From: an uncultured Holophagales bacterium
GTDB taxonomy: Bacteria > Acidobacteriota > Thermoanaerobaculia > Multivoradales > UBA5704
Length of the DNA stretch: 64,000 bases
Assembly: GCA_963842525.1 (NCBI GenBank)
Contig: CAWJGT010000023.1
Coordinates: forward strand, 64,001-128,000
Reading direction: 5' to 3'
The number at the start of each line of letters is the position of its first letter. Position 1 is the stretch's first letter. Of this stretch, positions 7,767 to 15,242 are shown in pieces. The notes below the pieces were generated by a model that ran no database searches, had not been told where the DNA came from, and saw only the letters and a program-made list of their open reading frames with translations. The translations under genes and the position numbers were made by a program.

Positions 7767-10268
7767 ATGAAAAGCTGCGGCATCGACCTGGGCACGACCA
7801 ACAGTTGCATCTTCGTCGTGGAGGGCGAGGGCAACCGCCTCATCAGCGACGATCAGGGGAATTCGATCTTCCCTTCCGCCGTCTATATCAGCCGCAACGG
7901 CATGCGGAGCGTGGGGGTGACGGCGCGCAACCGCATGGGCGAGCAGCCGCCGCCGGTGGTCGCGGTCAAGCGGAAGATGGGCTCGACCGAGACGGTCACC
8001 CTGGGTGGCAAGGAATGGACTCCGGTCGAGGTTTCGGCGGCGATCCTCTCCTTCCTCAAGGAACTGGCCGAAACGCAGACCGGCGCGGTGATCGACCGGG
8101 CCGTGGTGACGGTGCCGGCCTATTTCAATCACATCCAGCGGCAGCAGACGGACGAGGCCGGCAAGGCGGCGGGGTTCCGCAAATTGGTCACCCTGCTGGA
8201 GCCGGTCGCCGCCGCCCTGGCCTATTCCCTGGCCAGCGAGCGCGACACGCTGCGGGTGTTCGTCTATGACCTGGGCGGCGGGACCTTCGACGCCACGCTG
8301 CTGGAAAAGGACCCGCAAGGCGGCATCAGCGTCCTGGCGTTCGGCGGCGATCCCTTCCTGGGCGGCGAGGACGTGGACGCCCGGCTCGCCCGCGTGCTCC
8401 TCCAGAAGCTGACCGAGCGGGGCTATCGCCTGGAGCTCGACCTCGGGCACCCGGAAGATGCAAGCCGCTTCCAGCGCCTGAAGTTCTACGCCGAGCTGGC
8501 GAAAAAGGAGCTGTCCGAAAAAGAGGAAGCCAGCCTCGTCCGCCAGGGACTGTTCGAGGACCAGAAGGGTGAGACCGTCGATCTGGACCTCACCGTCACC
8601 CGGCACGAGCTCGAAGCCTGCGCCGAAGACCTGATCCAGCGCAGCATCGACGAGTCCCTGGCGACCCTTGAAAAAGGGGGCGTGCCGCTCTCTTCGCTCG
8701 ACGAGGTCATCCTGGTGGGAGGTATGTCCCGCATGCCGCTGGTGCAGCGCAGGGTCGCCGAGGCTTTTCAAAAGCAGCCCCGGCTGGTGGACCCGGACCT
8801 GATCGTCGCCCGCGGCGCCGCTCTCAAGGCGGCGGAGGTGTTCGGCGAGCAGGCCGTCGCAGGCTCCGGGCTGCGCCTGGAGCTGCACTATGACCGCAAC
8901 ACCGAGCAGGACCGCGTGCGGATCGGCGGCCTGCTCGACCGGCCGCTCTCCGGCCACACCATCTTTCTCCTCGGCGGCCCGGACGAGCTCGTTCAGCCGA
9001 TCGAAGGCACGGACCGCTTCAGCTTCGAGAACGTGCTCCTGGCCCCGGACGCGGAAAACGTTTTCACACTCTCGATCGAAGACGCCCGGGAAAACCTTGT
9101 CCTGGAGCACGAGGTCAGGATCGTCCACAGCGCCTCGGCCCGCCGCATCCTGCGCTCGCCGGGCTCGGTGGTGACGAAACCGATCGCAGTCTGGACGGTC
9201 GACGGCCGCCAGGTGCTGCTGTCGGAGAATACGGCGCTCCCCCACAGCGTGTCCCACACGTTCGAGACGGCCGACCAGGGAGGCCGGATCGTCGTGCCCA
9301 TCTGGGAAGGCAACCACGAGGTCACCCGCATGGAGATCGAAGACATCCCCCGCGACCTCAAGGTCGGCACGCACGTCGTGGTGAGCGTTCAGATTCATTC
9401 CGACTACCGGATCGAGGCCGTGGCCACGGTGCCCGAGATCGAACGCTCGGTGCAGATCGACTTCCGCATCGAGCCGGTGGACACCGCGAAGATCACACCG
9501 GACTTCGTGCGCCGCGAGCTCGCCGCCCTCGAAGAGCAGGCGCGCGCTGCTGAAGCGGAATGCCCCGGCGAAAGAGCGCGCGACATGTTCCGGGTGCAAC
9601 TCACCTCGCTCAAAGACCAGATCGACAAGGAGCTCGAGGAGCCCGAGCCCCAACGGAGCCGGCTCCACGAGAAGCTGAGCGAGATGCGTGCGCTGATCGC
9701 ATCCCTGCCGAAGAAGGACGCGGGCGCTCCGCTCGATCCCGCCTTTGAGGAATTCAGCAGCCGGTTGGCGGACGTTCTGAGCACAGCCATCGAAAATGAG
9801 CATCCCAATCTGCCGCAGGTCCGGCCGCAGATCGAGGCGCTGCGGGAGCGGGCAAAAGAGGTCTGGAAGAGCCGGGATGCCATTGCCTGGCGCCGCGTCC
9901 AGGAGCAGCTCGGGGCCATCGCCAGGAAACTCATGCCGGAGATGAGCCCGGAAGAGAGGGCCCTCCACATGGCGGCATGGTTGATCGTCGACCAGCTCCC
10001 GAGCCTCGAAGCGGCCTCCGGAGGGGCTCTGGCGTCACAGGTCCAGGCGATCCGGAGCGAGATCGAAGAGGTCTTCCTCTCGCTCCAGCTCCTGGGAATG
10101 GACCCGCAGGAGGCGATCCAGAAGCTCCTGACTCTCTATCGGGAAAGCATCCAGCCCCTGCGGCGGAAGCTGGGCCTGGACGCGACCGCCGAGGTCGGAA
10201 TGGCCGATCCCTCGGCTTTGAAAGGTTTTGTACGCGGACGCAAGCCGGCCCTGGAGGGAAGGGCGTGA
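7767..10268 (+). CDS. Divergent Hsp70-family protein B (about 833 aa)
   Basis: ATG at 7767 after GAAGGAG RBS. CGIDLGTTNSC, TVPAYFNHIQRQQT, LEPVAAA, YDLGGGTFD, AELAKKELS, VILVGGMSRMP. Collinear paralogue of 5071..7740. Confidence 0.95.
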   Translation: MKSCGIDLGTTNSCIFVVEGEGNRLISDDQGNSIFPSAVYISRNGMRSVGVTARNRMGEQPPPVVAVKRKMGSTETVTLGGKEWTPVEVSAAILSFLKELAETQTGAVIDRAVVTVPAYFNHIQRQQTDEAGKAAGFRKLVTLLEPVAAALAYSLASERDTLRVFVYDLGGGTFDATLLEKDPQGGISVLAFGGDPFLGGEDVDARLARVLLQKLTERGYRLELDLGHPEDASRFQRLKFYAELAKKELSEKEEASLVRQGLFEDQKGETVDLDLTVTRHELEACAEDLIQRSIDESLATLEKGGVPLSSLDEVILVGGMSRMPLVQRRVAEAFQKQPRLVDPDLIVARGAALKAAEVFGEQAVAGSGLRLELHYDRNTEQDRVRIGGLLDRPLSGHTIFLLGGPDELVQPIEGTDRFSFENVLLAPDAENVFTLSIEDARENLVLEHEVRIVHSASARRILRSPGSVVTKPIAVWTVDGRQVLLSENTALPHSVSHTFETADQGGRIVVPIWEGNHEVTRMEIEDIPRDLKVGTHVVVSVQIHSDYRIEAVATVPEIERSVQIDFRIEPVDTAKITPDFVRRELAALEEQARAAEAECPGERARDMFRVQLTSLKDQIDKELEEPEPQRSRLHEKLSEMRALIASLPKKDAGAPLDPAFEEFSSRLADVLSTAIENEHPNLPQVRPQIEALRERAKEVWKSRDAIAWRRVQEQLGAIARKLMPEMSPEERALHMAAWLIVDQLPSLEAASGGALASQVQAIRSEIEEVFLSLQLLGMDPQEAIQKLLTLYRESIQPLRRKLGLDATAEVGMADPSALKGFVRGRKPALEGRA

Positions 10269-10291
10269 CGTTCCGCAAGGAGGGTTGAGCG

Positions 10292-10651
10292 ATGCCTGCA
10301 TGCCCCTACGGTCCACACCGGCTCGTCCTCGACGAGCGCCTGTGCTGCCGCCATTGCGGCGAGGATCTCCGGCTCTACGCCGCTCTGCGCGATCTGCCGG
10401 TGAGCCTCTACAACGAGGCCCGCCGCCTGTGGGAGGAGGCCGCGCTCGTGGAGGCTGCGGCATGGCTCCACGCCGCCCTGGAGCTGCGGGAAGACTTTCC
10501 GGAGGCGCACTGGCTCCTCGCCGCGGTCGAGGCCCGGCAGGGCCGGCCGGAGAGCGCCAGGAGCCGGCTGGTCCGCGCGCGCGCGCTCGGAGCCGAAATC
10601 GATCCGGACTGGATCCCGCTCCCTCTACCCGAGGAGGTCGAGACCTCATGA
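10292..10651 (+). CDS. Small zinc-ribbon plus TPR protein
   Basis: RBS AAGGAGG. CPYGPH...CCRHCGEDL (putative Zn ligands), then LYNEARRLWEE..AALELREDFPEAHWLLAAVEARQGRPESA (TPR). The stop overlaps the next ATG. Confidence 0.75.
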   Translation: MPACPYGPHRLVLDERLCCRHCGEDLRLYAALRDLPVSLYNEARRLWEEAALVEAAAWLHAALELREDFPEAHWLLAAVEARQGRPESARSRLVRARALGAEIDPDWIPLPLPEEVETS

Positions 10652-12373
10652 GCGTTCTCCTGGAGCCGAAAGCAGCACTGCGCGAATTGATCGTCGGAGC
10701 GGTCGACCGTCTCGACCCGTCCGGCATGGGGAACACCGCGCCAGGAGAAATCCGGCTCCTTCCAGAGCCTGCGGCCAGCACGCTCTCGATCGTGGACAGC
10801 GGCGCCGGCCTGTCCCTGGCGGAGGTGGAGGACCTGCTCGGCAATGCAGGCTCGGATACGGAAGGCTTCTGGGCCGGCCTGCTCGCCTGCCGGCGGCTCT
10901 GCTCCCGCCTGGAGGTCCTGACGCGGGCTTGCGACAGCGGAACCCGCATTCTCTTGACGGAGGACGGCGAGATCCGGATCGGCGCCGCCGAGATCGAGAG
11001 CCCGGGGACCGCAGTGCACCTCCAGCTCTGCCGGGAGCATTCCAGCCTCCTGACCGACGATCTGCTGACGCGACTGATCAAGAAATCCTGCGATTTCGTC
11101 CGCGTCCCCATCTATCTCGGCCGGGGCTGGGATCCGGTCAACCTCATGGACGCGCCCTGGTACCGTGAGATCCCGGACCTTCAGCTCAAGGGAGAGTTGG
11201 ATAGAACCCTTCAGATCCGCACGCTTGCCGCCTTCCCCTTCCAGATCTCCGACAATGCCGGCCCGCGCCTCCGCGGCACCCTCTACATCCGCTCCTGGCG
11301 GCATTCGGCCACTCTGCGCCTCTACTGCCGTCGCGTCTTCGTGGCTGCGGCCGAGGCCGACCTTCTGGGACCGGGGCTTCGTGAGCTGGTATCCGGCGTG
11401 ATCGACGCGGATGCCCCGTCGCGGGCCGAGAGCCGGCAGCTCCTGGAGCCGCGCTCCTCCCAGGGTGCATGGCTTCAATCGGTCCTGCTGCGGATCGTTG
11501 CGCAAGGATTTCTCGGGTTGGCCCGGCAGCGGAGAAAGCAGCTCCAGCAGCTCATGGACGATCACGGTCCGTCCATCAAGGCGGCCTGCCTGGCCTTCCC
11601 TGAAGAGCTGGGTGAGCTGCGCAACCACCTGCCCTACCGCACATCTCTGCGGGACGCCGCCACCCTCCCCGAAATCCTGGAGGGGCGGCCGGAGCGGACG
11701 GTCATCTACGCCGACGACTTCGACATCGCGGCCCCTCTGGTCCCGCTCTACCGCCGGACCAACACCGAGGTCGTTTACATGACGGCGCCGGCCGACGAAA
11801 GGCTCCGGGCGCAGTGGTCGATCGAAAGAGACGGGATCATGTTCCGGCGGGCCGATCTGGAGCCGCCGCTCCCTCCCGCGACCGGTGAGGAAGGTGCGCT
11901 CGCGGGGCGTCTCGAGCACCTGTTCCAAACCTCGATCGATCCCGGGCTCGCCGTCGAGCTCCGCGCACTCAGCCCTGACGCACCGCCCGCGATCCTCTCG
12001 ATATCCGACGAGGGCCGCCGGAAGCTGGAGATGCTCGCGGCGATCCGTTCCCGCCAGCAGCAGGGCCGCACCAACGAGCTGCCGCCGGAGACTCCGGCAT
12101 CTCGCCGAATCGGGAGCACTGGATACGACAACCATCCCCCAGAGGCTCATCCTCAACAGCTCCCATGGGATTGTGGCGCAATGCATCGCTGCCCTCGACG
12201 GGGCCGAGCTTCCTGACGACGGTCCCACGCTCCTTTTCGCCCGCTTCCTGCATGCGCAGGCCCTGCTCTCCGCCGGCTTACACCTCCCCCGCTCGCGAAT
12301 TGCGGAGCTGTCCCGCGCCATGACTGAATTGACGACCAACCTGCTGCCTCAGACCGAAAGGAGTGGAGCATGA
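10648..12373 (+). CDS. Degenerate Hsp90/HtpG-like protein (likely pseudo-ATPase), frameshift near 12091
   Basis: ATG 10648 with GAGGAGG RBS. ALRELIVGAVD (N-box Asn to Gly), LSIVDSGAG, PGTAVHLQL, LIKKSCDFVRVPIY, VNLMDAPW, LRLYCRRVFV. The +1 frame supplies the HtpG C-terminus RLILNSSHGIV and ends overlapping the next ATG. Confidence 0.8.
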
Positions 12374-15072
12374 CGCTCAATACAGCGCAGATGGAATCCA
12401 GGTCGATCAACATCAACCTCAAGACGATTCTCCCGTCGCTGGCCAAGAACCTCTACGGCGACGACTGGCGGATCACCATCCGGGAGCTTTTGCAGAACTG
12501 TCACGATGCCATTGCGGAGCGTGCCTTTTGCAATCCCGGCGAGACCGAGGCGGCAAGAATCGACATCTTCCCCGATCCCACGCCCGGCATCTATACCCTG
12601 ACATTCAGGGACAATGGCATCGGCATGACCCTGCAGGAGGTGGAGGACAATCTGGCCACCGTGGGCGGTGATCACAAGAGCACAAAGATCGAGAAGCTTG
12701 CCCAGGCTGGTACGGCAGACCGCTCCGTGCTCGCGCAGCTCATCGGCCAGTACGGGATCGGCTTTCTCTCCTGCTTCATCATTGCGGATTCTGTCGAGGT
12801 GGTGACCCGGAGCCAGGCCGAAACATCGACCGGTGTGCGGGCCGTGTTCACCGGAGAAACCCGTTGGTTTTACAGTGACGAACCCAACGCAGCTCCCGGC
12901 ACCCAGATCACCTTACACCTGAAACGGAACGAAGCGATCCGCGATCCGGCGACGGGCAGGGAGATCCCTTTGCAGGAGCTTCTCAACTTCGAGCGGCTGA
13001 AGCAGGAGGTGCGGCGTTTCGGCGATCTCCTGCCCTATCCGGTCTACGTCCACCGCAGCCCGATGGACATCGCCGGTGATCTCTGCAACACCATGAAGGC
13101 GCCGTGGGAAAACCAGGCACAAGCGAGGGACGAGCTCCTGCGGTTCCTCCGGGACCGCCATCCCGGCGAGAACGAGCCCATATCGCCGATCGCCTTCAAC
13201 CTCGACCGCAACAAGGACAAAGTCAGTGCACAGGGTGTTTTCTATTTTCCCCGTACAGGGCAGGAAGCGAGCCGCTCGTCCGAATCCGTCGCCCAGGTCG
13301 AGCTTTTCTGCCGGCGGATGTTCATCACCCAGGACATCCCGGCCCTCCTGCCAACGTGGGCCAGCTTCGTCTGCGTCGTGGTCGAGTGCCCAGACATCGT
13401 TCCGACATTGAACCGCAACGACGTGATCCGCCACGGCAACGCCTTTGTAGAGCTCAAACATGCCCTGGGCCGCCACATCATCGAAAGCCTGCAGGTCCTG
13501 GCACAGCGCTACCCGAAAGACTTCGCTGATATCCAAGTGGAGCACCGCGAGCGCCTCTACCGCGGCTTCCTCTCCGACTTCAAGAGCACGCCCTCGAGGG
13601 AGGAGCATTTCTTCCGGACGCTCATCGACTACATACCCTTCACGGTTATCGACCGCACGAAGCCGGCTGGCGAGTCCATGACCCTGCGCAGATACCGCGA
13701 CGAATCAAGGAAGCGTAACACCCTGGCGAAGCCAAACGAGCCCACTCGGGATCAGATTTATTATCTGGATGCCTCCGAGGCAACGGGGCAATACAAGGCG
13801 ATGATCATGCAGCGCGACATCCCGGTGATCCTGGCGAATCATCCGGCGGAGCCCAGCCTCCTGCACGCCTACGGTTCTGCCTTCGGAAGCGAGGTCGAGG
13901 TGGAAGATGCGCGGGCGATCCTCAACCTGTACGTGGAGCCGGTCGAGCAGGCGCCTTACGAGGCCATGAAGCAGTTCCTCGCCAGCCTGGATGGCGGCGG
14001 GCCGGACGAGGTGAGCGCATCTCGTTTCGAGCCGAGCTACGTGCCGGCCATCCTGATCGTCAGCTCGGCGAGCTCCCCGGAGAGGGCCGAGGCGCTCGAA
14101 AGGCTTCTGCGGGAAGGAGCCCCCGTCCTCACGGGCAAGGTCCGCAGGATGATGGAAGACGAGATCATGGGCTCACGGACCGGCCGCGCCACGGTCAGCG
14201 CGGTGCTGAACGACAACAATCCGGTTGTGAAAAAAATACGGGACTATTGTGCGGAAGGAAAGCCCCTGACCGGGATCGTCGCCGATGTTCTCCACGAGAT
14301 CTATCATCTCGCCAGGGCATACAGCGACCGGGCCGCGGCGGAAAGCCCACATTTCTACGAGCACAGAAACATCCTTCTGGCCAGACTGCTGGAGACCGAG
14401 CAACAACTTGTCACGGTGCAGAGCGAGCGGGACCTGCTCGTGCTTGAGAAGCGCAAGTCTTTGGAGCCCCCCACTCGTATGGAGGCCCGAACCTGCGCGA
14501 TGCTCCTCACCGACCTGCGCGGTTCCTCCCGGATGGTGGGTTTCCTCGACAGCCTCCAGAGCGCGGAGATCCTGCAACAGTACGCCGGCGATGTCCAGGC
14601 GATCGTGGAAAAGCTCGGTGGAAAGATCGAGAAGTTCACCGGCGACGGCGTCTTCGCCCATTTCGCGCTGGATGGAGCAACCACTAAGGAGGTCATCGAA
14701 AAAGTGTCGGACTGCGCTCTCGAGATTCAGATGTTCACTAAGAAGTTCTTCTCCCGCGGCGAGGTCGCCGAGACGCTTCTCCATGCGGGCGGGATCCTGG
14801 TGGAAGGCTCCCGGACCCTTCTGCACGTGGCGCGGGTCATGTACGGCACGGTTGCCGGAGCTCCCGCCCTGGTGGGCAAGCAGGTCGTCGCCCTCTTCCG
14901 CGCCTGCGATCAGGACGAGCTCTTCGAGCAGTCCCCCATCGTGCTCTCGGAGCCCTTCCTCTTCAGTCTCAACCCCCTGCCCCAGCCGAAGCCGATCGCC
15001 ATGGACATGAAGCTCGACGCGAGCCTGCCGGGCATGAGCTTCTATCCGCACCCCAACTTCGTCCGGCCGTAG
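12370..15072 (+). CDS. Hsp90/HtpG-family ATPase fused to a C-terminal class III adenylate/guanylate cyclase domain
   Basis: LAKNLY, IRELLQNCHDA, FRDNGIGMT, LIGQYGIGFLSCF, PGTQITLHLK, LFCRRMFI, PTLNRND, AVLNDNNPVV. After a coiled coil: MLLTDLRGSS and IEKFTGDGVFAHF (both cyclase metal-binding Asp). Confidence 0.92.
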   Translation: MTLNTAQMESRSININLKTILPSLAKNLYGDDWRITIRELLQNCHDAIAERAFCNPGETEAARIDIFPDPTPGIYTLTFRDNGIGMTLQEVEDNLATVGGDHKSTKIEKLAQAGTADRSVLAQLIGQYGIGFLSCFIIADSVEVVTRSQAETSTGVRAVFTGETRWFYSDEPNAAPGTQITLHLKRNEAIRDPATGREIPLQELLNFERLKQEVRRFGDLLPYPVYVHRSPMDIAGDLCNTMKAPWENQAQARDELLRFLRDRHPGENEPISPIAFNLDRNKDKVSAQGVFYFPRTGQEASRSSESVAQVELFCRRMFITQDIPALLPTWASFVCVVVECPDIVPTLNRNDVIRHGNAFVELKHALGRHIIESLQVLAQRYPKDFADIQVEHRERLYRGFLSDFKSTPSREEHFFRTLIDYIPFTVIDRTKPAGESMTLRRYRDESRKRNTLAKPNEPTRDQIYYLDASEATGQYKAMIMQRDIPVILANHPAEPSLLHAYGSAFGSEVEVEDARAILNLYVEPVEQAPYEAMKQFLASLDGGGPDEVSASRFEPSYVPAILIVSSASSPERAEALERLLREGAPVLTGKVRRMMEDEIMGSRTGRATVSAVLNDNNPVVKKIRDYCAEGKPLTGIVADVLHEIYHLARAYSDRAAAESPHFYEHRNILLARLLETEQQLVTVQSERDLLVLEKRKSLEPPTRMEARTCAMLLTDLRGSSRMVGFLDSLQSAEILQQYAGDVQAIVEKLGGKIEKFTGDGVFAHFALDGATTKEVIEKVSDCALEIQMFTKKFFSRGEVAETLLHAGGILVEGSRTLLHVARVMYGTVAGAPALVGKQVVALFRACDQDELFEQSPIVLSEPFLFSLNPLPQPKPIAMDMKLDASLPGMSFYPHPNFVRP

Positions 15073-15074
15073 AG

Positions 15075-15135
15075 CCCTCACCCCCTGTCCCCCTCTCCCA
15101 TCTCCCACCCGCCCTATCCCCGGGAGAGGGGGGAC
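15075..15135. repeat. REP-like intergenic palindrome
   Basis: CCCTCACCCCCTGTCCCCCTCTCCC...GGGAGAGGGGGGAC. The arms 15087-15099 and 15122-15135 pair with one extra G. It lies just after the operon stop. Confidence 0.6.
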
Positions 15136-15242
15136 GTTGCTCAAGCCACAGCGGCGAGCCCGCGCGAAAGGGACCATCTTGGAAGGCATGCCGGCATGGC
15201 TCTGTTAGAGTCTCCGGACTGAACGACCATGGAGAGCCACGC

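Noticed and set aside
4567-9968. Long antisense ORFs 4567..6618 and 7725..9968
   Set aside because: They are shadows of the Hsp70 genes. Long antisense frames opposite dnaK-like genes are a known artefact of high-GC codon bias, and they show no independent motifs.
4515-10268. Ordinary grpE-dnaK-dnaJ heat-shock operon
   Set aside because: There is no HPD-containing DnaJ and no hrcA or CIRCE element seen. The Hsp70s are 830-890 aa with extra domains and lack the canonical linker.
10228-10647. Extended N-termini from the ORF track (10228, also 7734, 19218, 29280, 34393, 35250, 55787)
   Set aside because: They overlap real upstream genes and are Arg/Pro-rich junk. Downstream starts with RBS or stop/start coupling fit the domain boundaries.
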